From the NCBI GenBank assembly GCA_013239625.1, contig MU053557.1:1061063-1125062 (forward strand): a stretch of 64,000 bases of DNA. The letters are read 5' to 3'. Source of the stretch: Lama guanicoe. Lineage: Eukaryota. Made by a program: the position numbers and the translations under genes. Below, piece by piece: positions 1 to 11,089 of the stretch (position 1 is the first letter of the stretch; each line of letters begins with the position of its first letter). A model generated the notes under the pieces. It saw nothing but the letters and a program-made list of their open reading frames with translations. It was not told where the DNA came from and ran no database searches.

Positions 1-280
1 AACAACTAACTAACCTCCCAAACATTCTGGTTGTATTGTCACCATGGTAACTAAGTGCCACAACCACTTAATCTCTTCGTCCCTTGTCTTCTATTTGTAC
101 TTCTTGCCAGGCCATCTCCATTACTCTTAATATTTCTCATACCACAGCATCGCATGAAATACTGGTGTTTCACATATCTCCTACAAGGAGGAGGGTATCT
201 GTTCCCTCCTTAAACACCAAGTAACCACATCTCAGAATTCCATCAGCAGGGCTGGTTCCCCCCCTCAGGTCCTTCCTGTT

Positions 281-786
281 GTATCAGCTGTCAGTTTGGT
301 CTTGGCAGGAAACAAATGAGACATTAATGTGGGCTAAAGAAATTTTAATAAAGTGACTACATATAAAGTTGCAATCTCGATGAAGAGAGGATAACAGAGA
401 TGGTGACGCACTCTAGCTATTGCAAATACAGCTGTTTGTTGCTACCTCTAGGCCTGATGAGGGGGCAAGGGGAGGGAGTAGTTAGTAGGGTCCAGAGAGT
501 AGCTGTGGTTACAGGACAGGACCATTTAACAGAAACGATGGCTTGGATAGAGAGTAGCAGGAAAGGCATTGAGACCTAATAGGAAGGGATCCAGAGTCAT
601 AAATACCTTCACCTTACTCTCCCTGAATCTTCTGCTCATCTGAGCTTCCCGCTGGCCACATCCTGCTGGAGGTTAGATGCAAGATAGCCTGCTGATGTGC
701 TCCACAGAAATCACCTCCCAGCGCTGATAGCAGGATGGGCAAGCAGGGAGAACGACTGTGAGGGAGTGATAGAAAACAGCTGGCAT
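281..786 (-). mobile_element. ERVL solo LTR, LTR33-like (ancient)
   Basis: Blocks cttggcaggaaacaaatg, ctctaggcctgatgagggggcaaggggagggag and aaataccttcaccttactctcc resemble the reverse complement of the recalled LTR33 consensus; related copies at 9959 and 22900. Confidence 0.7.
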
Positions 787-794
787 GACGATGT

Positions 795-1155
795 GCTGGA
801 ATATCCCCATTTTACAGCTTAGAAAACTAAGGTCCCGAGAGCAGGAGTTGCTTGCCTGAAGTCATTCAGCTCACTAGCTGGGATTTCATTGAAAATGGAC
901 CAATTCCAGTCACTCTTCCTTGTCTTGGAAACTGCTTCGAAGAGCAGTTGTTTGACATTTTATTCTACAAAGAACTTTCTTCCCAAATAGTCTGTTTTGA
1001 TTCTGACTAAACATGCTTCTGAGATAGGAATTGTTGTTAATTCATTTTACAGGGGCAAAAGCTGGGGCTTGGAGACTTTAAACGATGTTCCTAAGCTTCA
1101 TGCTTGGTAGGTGACTAAGAACATCTGGATGGTGGGTCTGCCAGACTCTCAACAC
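795..1155 (-). mobile_element. Two MIR SINE fragments (~795-890, ~1025-1155)
   Basis: MIR core motifs atccccattttacagcttagaaaactaagg and cattttacaggggcaaaagctgggg. Confidence 0.7.
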
Positions 1156-1566
1156 CACACACAAGGCACCGTGTCATCAGATAAGACTTGCCTTTTTTTT
1201 CTATTGTGTATGTATGCGTGTTTGTTTTAATTTTGGCAAACCTCCTTAATTTTTAACATACATCATTAGTAGGTCTAGCCATAAACAGTTTTTCCCTCGT
1301 CTCTTTTCCAAGAGCTGACTTTTGAGAAAATTATAAAATGGGTAGTTTCTCTTCCCACATTCCGTTGTGTACTCATAGCCACCTTGATCTTCATCCCATT
1401 CTGTGAGCTTTGCCATCTCTAGACACTTAGGACTGGCTTGTCCCTGCGCCCACCACAGGGCTATGAAAGCAGGGAATTCATCTTTTGCTTAGTGGGACAA
1501 ACATTACAGCATCAACTCTGTGATACTAGATTTACTGGGCTATAAATAACACTGATTAAAAAAACA

Positions 1567-1597
1567 GTTTTTGTTTTGTTTTGTTTTGTTTTGTTTT
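1567..1597. repeat. (GTTTT)n pentanucleotide microsatellite, ~6 units
   Basis: gtttttgttttgttttgttttgttttgtttt read directly. Confidence 0.95.
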
Positions 1598-2559
1598 AAT
1601 GGCGTAGGGCTTACCATTCATCAGCAGGGGAAAAAAATAATTAACAGAAAAATGGGACAAATGTTGGAGTATTCACCTAACCTGTTTAGAGAATTGTTAA
1701 AATGATACTGTTTTCTAACATGATTATCATCTTATTTTTAGTTACTTTTCTCTTGGGAATTATGCTATCAGAATGATTTACCCTTGTTATGGTATTCTGA
1801 CAATCTTATGTAAATTAGTAGAATTTTTTTACTTTTTTGAGGCAGCCATAAAGATTTGCATCGTGTTGAGTTAGAGGATTTCTTACTTGCAGGTCTTTTT
1901 CTTAGTGACTTTAGGTCAGTATTAGCACTTTCTTTGCTGCCAGATTATGCAAAAAATGTTCTCATTTAGAGTGTCAGGTGACAATCTCTACTTCAGTAAC
2001 TGAGCAAATTTTGCACCTGGCTTTGTCTTTCCATTAATTTCTAAGCCTGGATGTTCAAGTAAGGATAAAAATAACGTTCTGAAAGCTGTGTTTTAATTAG
2101 AGGATGACTAGTAACATCACGGTTAACTTTTCCTACTGTAGGATGGAATACTGCAATTAACATGATTTTATTGACACCCACTGTGTGCTAGCACTGTAGC
2201 ACATGCTGGGGACAAAGTCCAGGGTGGCTGGAGCAAGCTGTGTGAGAGGAAGCTTTCAGGAAATGCATTCCAAGAGTTAGCTGTGTGCTGGGGTCATGTG
2301 GGATCTGGGTAGGGAATTCCAGGCCAATGATGTCTTTGCTTGCTCAGTGGTTCACTTTCAGTAAAATAGACTTGAGTAAAACAACAAAGGCTGGATGCAG
2401 AGCTGAGAATGAAGCTGAACATAATAGCATGTCCCTTCACTGCCATTGAAGCCTTGAAATCGCACATCCCTCTGCCACGTTGCGAGGCAGGTGCCCGTGC
2501 TCATATCCTGATGTCTCAGCTGGTGCGGCTTCAGAGGCTTGGCACTCCCCTCATCCCCC

Positions 2560-2715
2560 ATCTAGACTTTCCAAAGCATCCATTTCCTCATTGGCAAAAT
2601 GGCAGCAGTAGTTCCTTCCTCATGAGAATGTCATGAGTATTCTGTGAGGCAATTGATTTAAAATGCTCATCTCAGAGCCTTGTGCATATTCAGGGCTTAA
2701 TAAATATTTGCTATT
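2560..2715 (+). mobile_element. MIR SINE fragment
   Basis: catttcctcattggcaaaatggc...gggcttaataaatatttgctatt matches MIR core and 3' tail. Confidence 0.7.
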
Positions 2716-3284
2716 GGAATGATTATATAATGGTTCTAAAGTTTTTGGTTTTTTTTTTTAATCATGGCTTAGGGCTGTCTGGGAAATGACAGAGTCATTT
2801 GACATACCGACATAAGGGGTCATTTTCTGAGAAAAGATAATCAGCTGTAGTGATGATGGTAATTTAGGTAGAGAGTTTCCCTTTTAAATAATCTTGATCT
2901 TATCCTAAGATATTCTTCAAATGTGTCTTTTCTTTGATCCCCTAAACATTAAACTACATTAGCTAATGTAGTGAAAAACACCACTGATGGCTTGACATTT
3001 TCTGGCCAGTTGAAAAAATTAACCCTGCTGACTATAAACAGCCAGGAAATTGATGACCTTTTGGCCATTAGCATCATTACGAAGCATTAAAAAAGGTAAA
3101 GAGAAAATGATTTATGCCTTGAAAATGTATTGTGGAGTCATGCATGACCGTGAGCACAAGGCTGGTTTTCTAGGAAGGCAGTCTTCTCAGCTGCTGGGTA
3201 AATGCAGAAACCAAAATTTAGATTAATGCCACACTGTCTCAGAAATGCAGGGTTTTCTTTTTTTGAAGAAACAGTCTAGCTGCC

Positions 3285-3830
3285 TTTTTTTTTTAAACAG
3301 CTTTATTGAGGTGTAACTGATATACAAAGAACTGCAAATATTTAATTATACAGTTTGAGTTTGAACCTATGCAAGCACTCATAATATTATCACCAGAATC
3401 AAGGTAGTAAATATACCTATCATCTCTCAGAGTTTCCTTGTGTTCTTTTTTGTGTGTGGTAAGAACATTTGACATGAGATCCACCTTCTTAACCAATTTT
3501 GGAGTACTCACCACTGTATTGTTAACTGTAGATAAATACTACATTGAATAGCAGGTCTCTAGAACATACTCATTTGGCATAACTAAAACTTTATATCCAT
3601 TAAATGGCAACTCCCCATATTCCCTACCTCCCCTGCTCTGGCAATCACTGTCATATTCTCTGCTTCTGTGGGTTTGACTCCTTGAGCTTCTTTATGTAAA
3701 TACACTCATGCAGTATTTGTTCTTCTGGGACTGGCTTAATTCACTTAGCATAATGTTTATGCATATTGTTGCACACAGCAGGATTTCCTTCTTTTTAAGG
3801 CCAAATAATATGTAGTATGTATATACTATG
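3285..3830 (-). mobile_element. LINE-1 3' end, old eutherian (L1MA9/L1MB-like)
   Basis: Poly-T then acagctttattgaggtgtaactga...gcaggtctctagaac...ctggcttaattcacttagcataatg...ggatttccttctttttaagg. Confidence 0.85.
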
Positions 3831-3999
3831 TTTTTTCTTTTTTCTTTTTACTGGATTATTTTATTTTGATAACTTGCTTGGAAGCCACATATTGTAACAA
3901 CCATTAATATAGACTAGTACTAATGAAACATAGCATGGTTCCCTTTATCTCAGTTTACTTTCCTATTTTTTAAGTCTCATTTTCTATATGCTTGTGTAA

Positions 4000-4531
4000 T
4001 TTTTTAAACTGAAGTATACTCAGTTTCAAATGCATCAATTTCTGATGTACAGCAAAATGTTTCAGTCATACATATACATACAAGTATTCATTTTCATTTT
4101 TTTCATTATAAATTACTATAAGATATTGAATATAGTTCCCTGTGCTATATGGAAGAAACTTGTTATTTATCTGTTTTACATATGGTAGGTAGTATCTGCA
4201 AATCTCAAACTCCCAGTTTATCCCTTCCCACCCTCTTTCCCCGCTGGCAACCACAAGTCTGTATTCTATGTCTGTGAGTCTGTTTCTGTTTTATATATAA
4301 GTTCATTTTTTTTTCTTATAGATTCCACATAAAAGTGATATCATAAGGTTTTTTCCTTTTTCTTTCGGGCTTCACTTACAGTGACGATCTCCAGGTCCAT
4401 CCATGTTGCTGCAAATGGCGTAATTTTATTCTTTTTAATGATTGAGTAGTGTTCCATTACACACATATACTACAACTTCTTTATCCAGTCATCTGTAGAT
4501 GGACATTTAGGTTGCTTCCATGTCTTGGCTA
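4000..4531 (-). mobile_element. Cetartiodactyl/camelid LINE-1, 3' arm (3' UTR plus ORF2 end) of a 5'-inverted insertion
   Basis: aagatattgaatatagttccctgtgctata, tagattccacat, ggtccatccatgttgctgcaaatggc; closely similar to the copy at 44626-45798. Confidence 0.92.
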
Positions 4532-5495
4532 AGTAATCAAAACAGCATGGTACTGGTACAAAAACAGACATAAGGATCAACAGAACAGAACAAAGAGTTC
4601 AGAAATAAACCCACCACACCTATGTTCAATTAATCTTTGACAAAGGAGGCAAGAATACACAATGGAGAAGAGACCATCTTTTTAACAAGTGATGTTGGGA
4701 AAACTGGACAGCTGCACATAAATCAATGAAGTTAGAATATTCCCTCACACCAGACACAAAAATAAACTCAAAATGTCTTAAGGATTTAAGCATAACACAT
4801 TATAAATCTCCTGGAAGAGAACATAAGCAAAACATTCTCTGATAAAAATTTTAGCAATTTTCTCCTAGAGTAGTCTACCCAGGCAATAGAAATAAAAGCA
4901 AAAATAAACAAGTGGGACCTACTTTAACTTACAAACTTTTGTACAGAAAAGGAAACCACAGATAAAATGAGAAAACAACCTACAGAATGGGAGAAAATAT
5001 TTGCAAAAGTTGAGACTGACAAGGGCTTAATTTCGAGAATATACAAACAGGTTGTACAACTTAGTAACAAAAAATAAACAGCCCAATCCAAAAATGGGCA
5101 GAGGACCTAAACAAACATTTCTCCAGTGAAGACATACAAATAGCCAATAGGCACTTGCAAAAATGCTCAGCGTCACTAATACCAGAGAAATGCAAATCAA
5201 AACCACACTGAAGTATCAACTCAGACCAGTCAGAATGACCATCATTAATAAGGCCATAAACAGTAAACGCTGGAGAGGGTGTGGAGAAGAGCAAACCCTC
5301 CTACTCTGTTGGTAGGAATGTAGTTTGGTGCAGCCATTATGGAAAACAGTATGGAGATTCCTTTAGAAACTAAAAACCAGCTTACTCTGTGGTCCAGCAA
5401 TCCCACTCCTGGGCATATATCTAGAGAAAACTAATTCAAAAATATATATGCATCCCAATGTTCATAGCAGCACTATTTACAATAGACAAGTCATG
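4532..5495 (+). mobile_element. Inverted ORF2 arm of the same LINE-1 (degenerate)
   Basis: agtaatcaaaacagcatggtactggtacaaaaacagaca translates [13 protein letters not shown], an ORF2 motif; continues through gtgcagccattatggaaaacag and gcaatcccactcctgggcatatat. Confidence 0.92.
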
Positions 5496-5689
5496 CCTTA
5501 ACTTCCTGATTTAGCCTTACTTCCAGTAAGCATCTCACCTGACAGAAAATAAGAGTTTTCTCTTGGCCACAGGAGTTTTAAATGAATTAGAGGCCAGAGG
5601 CCTCTATGTCCCCTTTAAGCGGACCAACTTGGAGCAGTGGGAGGGAAAGTGACTTTGTAGCATGTTCTGTGACTATAAATTTAATCATA

Positions 5690-6225
5690 GTTAACCTTTT
5701 GTTGGATCCTACCATATGCCGAGCACAGTGCAAAGTCCTTTTTTTTATATTATCTCATTTTATTTTTCAAAACAATCTTCTAAAGTAGGTACTATTGAAA
5801 TCCCCTTTTTAAGGTTCCGAAAAATAAATTCAGAGAAATGTTTAGTATCACCCAGGCAGTGAGTAACAGGGACCACGTGATGCCAAGGTGTGCCTGACTC
5901 TAGTGTTTATAATGTCGAGGTGTGCCTCCAGTGTGGTGGTCCAGGACATATCCTGATGCTGTAGTCATAGCACTTACAAAGCATTTATTGTGTACCTGGC
6001 ACTGCTGAAGTTTCTCCACATGGTCCACCTCACTCGATGCTCACAATAGCCTATAATTATTACTGTTGTTTTTGTTAGTGTTATTCCCATTTATAAATAG
6101 AAAAAAAATCAAGGCCAAGAATAGTGGAATAGCCTGCTCAAGCCCTCTCATCTAGTAGCTGGTAAAGGTTTTGAACCCAGTTGCTTTGGCTCCAGAATGC
6201 ATGCTTTTAGGCAGTGTGCAGTGTA
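5690..6225 (-). mobile_element. Two tandem MIR copies (~5690-5900, ~5960-6225)
   Basis: taccatatgccgagcacagtgcaaag...tatctcattt; gcatttattgtgtacctggcactg...ttattcccatttataaatagaaaa...tttgaacccag. Confidence 0.75.
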
Positions 6226-6540
6226 CTTTGACAGTACAGGCTATGGGCTTTCCTGTCTTTTGATCTGTCTTTGATCCCATGAGTCTCATGGCCATTGACT
6301 TGGAAAGAAAACCTTTCATGATGTGAGCTGCATTTGGGGTGCATATTGGACACAGCCAGGAGCATGCCCTAGGAGAAATAGTTAAGGATATTTCCAGATG
6401 AGAGCCCTGGAGTCTGAACTGGCCTGATATCTCTTGGGTCCAGGGCACAGCCATTTGACTCAGACGCCCCTTCTGGAAAAGCCCAAACTGTGAACCTCTT
6501 TTCCTGTGGGAGTATTTGAGTGGGAGGGCCTCTCTGTTGA

Positions 6541-7035
6541 TATTAATTGTCTATTTGTTTACTTGTCCATTTCCTGCCTTCCCCTCTGGCACATAAACTT
6601 CATCAAAGAGAGACCTTTTCTGGCTTCTTTAGCTTTGCAAGCACAGCCTTAACCCAGTGCCTGGGAAATAGTAAACATTCAGTAGATATTTGTCCAAAAA
6701 ACAAATGAACTTTGTAAAGAAATTCCAGGAGGCAGTGGTAAAGTGGAAATAGCAGGGCAATTTTGGAATGAACATAATCGAGTTTGTTGGTATGTTGATA
6801 CCATAATCCTCGTCCTCCCATTTCATAGTAAGGTGATGGGAATGAGATACAGCAAGTTCTGTCCTGGGTCCCTATTTATAGTAACACACCCTTGGGCAAA
6901 GCACAGAACCTTTCAGAGTCTCACTTTCTTCATGTGGGAAATGGAGAATAAACATTCCTGCCTCAGGGGGTGATGACTGGGATGAGTTCATGTATGTAAA
7001 GTACTTAGTCAAAGGTCTTAATAATAAATGTTAGA
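6541..7035 (+). mobile_element. L2 3' end (~6541-6709) followed by a MIR (~6850-7035)
   Basis: ccagtgcctgggaaatagtaaacattcagtagatatttg (L2 tail); cccttgggcaaagcacagaacctttcagagtctcactttcttcatgtgggaaatggag (MIR core). Confidence 0.7.
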
Positions 7036-8029
7036 TTCCTTCTTGTTCCCTCCTCAGACCTCATCCTTAATTGCCTTTAGTGGCAACCATAACATCAGCA
7101 CATACCAACAGCCTTGGAGGGGCTTGCTTTCTGCTCTCTGCATTTGGGAACACTTAGCTTTTTGTTTTTAACAATAAATTCACATCTGAGTGGTAAATAC
7201 TCTGCATGAGGATATACCCTGGTGGGCAGAAATGTCTACATTATTTTAGTAAGTGTACAAGCATTATAGCACAGGATGCAGTGTGTGATTTCATGTGTCT
7301 AAAGAAGGTGTATATTTCCATGGGAAAATTCTAGAATTACATACACCAAGTGCTCAAAGTGGTACTACTAGTGGTAGGGTTAGGGATTTTTTTTTCATTT
7401 TTTGACAGTTTGTCTTACTTTTCACATCTTCTGTGATGAACATGGTGTTACTTTGTATACAAAAGTACAATGTCTTAAGTTGTATGGTTTGACTAGTACA
7501 AAGCAAAGGGGAAAAGTCTCCATGTATAGTTGAGATTTTATTTTTCAACTCAGTTTAGAGAGAAAGTTAGGAAAATTTCATAGGGGGTGAAGAGAGAAGT
7601 TATTTTTTTAGGCCTCCACATGCCTTTGTGTAAAAGGGCTCAAGATGAGGACGTTGTGAAGACCTAAGGGAGCTCTCTCTCACCTCCCTGCTGAGTCAGG
7701 GTGGAGAGTGGCTGTTCTGTATTCCTGGTGCTCCTCCCACCAGAGCGGGACACAAGCTGATGAGTAATGACCGGGCGTGCAGGCACCGAGAGCGCTCTCT
7801 TAGTTCAAATACACTCACCTTATATAATAGATTTGCTATCAGAAAGTTTTGTAGGAGTCACATGTCTGTGAATCGAACTGTTACAGGAGCTTGCTACGTA
7901 AATTACTTCTGTTAAGTACCTGTATGAGAGGTAATTAGCCCTTCCTCTCATCCAGTTTCTCTCCAGTTATCTTTTACCTTTTTTGAGCTCATTCACTGAA
8001 CTAGGGTAAACCTATTTGTGCATTATTAA

Positions 8030-8700
8030 CCATCATGTATCAGCATCTGCAATGGTTACTTCATATTCCAGTGGGTGGATGTCTCAACGCTTATTTCACC
8101 AATTTCTAAGCGCTCAGTGTTTCGATTGTTTCTGATACTTTTTATTATTCATAGTATTTAACATCACTGCAGTTACAGATTTGAATTCATTTGTAGTCTA
8201 AATGTTTCCAAAGAATACCTGTTCATGAGACTCTGGTTTCATAATGCCAAATTGTTTTGCAGAATTGTTACACAAGTTACACAAGCAGCAGAAGAGAGTT
8301 TGCATTTGTTGCTAATTTTGGTTGTTATTAACATGCCAATTTGATAGCTGAAAGTGGCCCCTCATATTGGAAGATTTTCCGTTTCTTCACTTACTAGTGT
8401 GGTTGAAGCATTTTCCCTCGTAGGTTTGTTTTTTTTTTAAACATTTTTTATTGATTTATAATCATTTTACAATGTTGTGTCAAATTCCAGTGTTCAGCAC
8501 AATTTTTCAGTCATTCATGGACATATACACACTCATTGTCACATTTTTTTCTCTGTGATTTATCATAACATTTTGTGTATATTTCCCTGTGCTATACAGT
8601 GTAATCTTGTTTATCTATTCTACAGTTTTAAAATCCCAGTCTATCCCTTCCCACCCTCCCCCCCCCCCCTTGAAGGTTTGTATGCCATTGCTGTGCCTTT
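8030..8700 (-). mobile_element. Very old LINE-1 (L1ME-like) ORF2-end fragment, interrupted by a young L1
   Basis: atgccaaattgttttgcagaattgttacacaagttacac...gccaatttgatagctgaaagtgg...ggttgaagcattttcc; resumes after 8681. Confidence 0.6.
8430..8673 (-). mobile_element. Young camelid-type LINE-1 3' UTR stub (~245 bp) with 8-bp TSD aggtttgt
   Basis: Poly-T, aacattttttattgatttataatcattttacaatgttgtgtcaaattccagtg; TSD at 8422-8429 and 8674-8681. Confidence 0.9.
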
Positions 8701-9189
8701 CGATTCCTGTAGTGGATCATGGTGCAAACTTGGGAAGCCACATTGTTTTCACAAAGTATTCTATATATTAGCTAAGTAAGGTAGGGCAAGTAGCCTCTCA
8801 TGCATTGCAGTGAGAATTAAATATGTTAAACTGTACAGCAATCTTGGAACAGTGTTTAGAAGATAAAAAGCACTCAATTAATGTTAACTTGTACTGTTCT
8901 GTGAGTTACCCATTTAGTATCCATCAAGTGAGCTATTGATAAACAGCATAGAATACAAAGGAGAGTTTCCAGGATGACAGGAGATACAGAAAATATGTTC
9001 CATGAAAAGTAGATAAAGGATGCTCATTGTGTTTTAAGTAGTGAAGACTTGGAGTGATATAGGAGTATCTCAGATAAACGAAGAGATTTGTGCAAAAGAG
9101 GGAGTAAATAATCTCCAGATGATTCCACAGGGCAGAGTTAGGACAAATGCATGTGACAAGAAGATTCTGGAAGAATTTTCTAATTGTGT

Positions 9190-9695
9190 GAGTGTGATGG
9201 ACATCTTTTTTATTGGTTTTTCCTGCTCAGTACCCATTTGTCCTCCTTCTGCAAATAAAAGCACCATGATTTGTCTTTGAGACCAGTTATATATAAATCC
9301 AGGTGGTCTGGGTGTGATAAACTCTCTCCTCACCCATCTTTGAAGGTGGACAGTTTATTAGGCCTGGCTAATTATGTTATTTTATCCCCCTTGACATTGT
9401 TAGTGCGACAGTAATGGAAACATGACACAGATCAGTCCCATGAGATTCAGGTTCTGAATTTGACTAAAGCTTTGCAAAGTGGGTGGGTAGGGCAGAAGAC
9501 TGGAGCCTTAACAACCATCTTGCCAACACGTACAAAGAGCCTGCTGGAGAGTGAACCCAATACAGAGAAAGCCCTGTTCCTGATGGCATTGTTGGAGCCC
9601 CTGAATCCAGCTTTGCGTGAATGCCACACTTGGAATTCCCCACTATGTCAGGGGTCTGAGTGGATTTCTGTCACTTGCAACTTAGAGTCTTATCT
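9190..9695 (+). mobile_element. MaLR LTR, MLT1K/L-like
   Basis: ggcctggctaatt..., gccttaacaaccatcttgcc, cctgatggcattgttggagcccctgaatccagc, tttctgtcacttgcaac. Confidence 0.75.
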
Positions 9696-9958
9696 CATTT
9701 AAGGATAAGCAACTTCTTCATCATTTCAGATGCTCAAACTGAGGATGGATGTTTGGGGGTACTGTTAGCAGTGACTCATGCTTCAGAAAAGGTATAAAAC
9801 TAGACCTCTAAACTTATTACTATATTAATTCTTTGACAGCCTTTTTCATTAATTCAGAGTCTTGCCTAGTTAAATGTAGGTTGCTTAATGGTTTGTCCTG
9901 AGTTATCTTTGAAAAAATGTCTGTAAGCCTGGAAATCTAGTTATTTTAGCCAGGATGT

Positions 9959-10394
9959 GTGTGTTGAGTATCTTCCTTCACTCCAGATATACCCTCTGCT
10001 CTTGTCCACCTTGCTCTGTGCCTTAGAAAAGCTGAATTCTTAAGATTACATCAGTGGGTTATTTCCCTCTGTCCTATGCCCAGGACTGGTAGGAGAATGG
10101 AGGCCTGGAGAAGAGTGGTAATGCTGTTTATTTCCCGGGGTCCATTACTGTAACGTTATCAGTGCTGACTGCCCCCTTTAACCAAAGCCATAGTGTTTTC
10201 ACATACCCCTTTCCCCAGGGCTCTCTCAGTCTCCTTGTTCTTAGAACTGCTTCCTTACTTTGCCGTTTTATTTTAGGAACGGTAATGATGCACTACCTCA
10301 TGGTTTCCCAATATTCCTGCCTACACGTGTGACTCTCCTTAGATTACCCGTTTGTGTGTACCATCTGTTTCTTCCCAGGATCCCAAATGATACA
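9959..10394 (+). mobile_element. ERVL solo LTR, LTR33-like
   Basis: Starts tgtgttgagtatcttccttcactccagatataccctctgc...ccttgctctgtgcc; ends gtgtaccatctgtttcttcccaggatcccaaatgataca. Confidence 0.7.
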
Positions 10395-10814
10395 GAGAAA
10401 TGTATTTTCACACTCTCTGGCTAGTTGTCTAAGCATACAGTGTTCAAAGACTCAGCTGTTGGATTCTGGCCCAAGAAGTCTAAACACCTATCAAGTAATA
10501 TCCCAGAACAAATAGCCCTGGAAAAAGCTATTTAGAATTCAGGTTGAAGTTGTTGACAACCCAATCAAACACATTATAGTAACACTAATTAACCAAAGCA
10601 GAGAATAATAGTGCAAAGAGTTAATTTTGGAAACTTGTTGAGTATTTATTTCTTACATTTGGTGTTTTTTATGTATATTGATCTTGGATAATTATAACTT
10701 GTAATGTTTATAGAAATCTTACTGAAAAGAGTCCTAGGAATTATTAATACAAAATTATGAAAAGCACTAGTCTCTGGCTTATTAAGTCAAACATTTTGTA
10801 CTGTATGAAGCTAG

Positions 10815-11020
10815 TACATATAGTTGAAAGTGTGACCTTGGATATCCAAAAATGCTGGGTTATGTTCCTGTATCAACTACTAATGAAGTGTGAACCCTTA
10901 AGAAATTACATAACTTTTCTGACCTCTATTTTCTTCATTTGTAAAATGAGGATTATAAGTATTTATTACACATTGTATATAAAGCACTTTGCAAAAAGTA
11001 AGTGCTCTATTAAATTCTGT
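10815..11020 (+). mobile_element. MIR SINE
   Basis: taacttttctgacctctattttcttcatttgtaaaatgaggattata...gtaagtgctctattaaat. Confidence 0.75.
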
Positions 11021-11089
11021 CTGTCATTGGTACACTTGTGATTGCTGTAATACTTGCTTCATGGATTGGCATTATTTTATCATTCGTAT

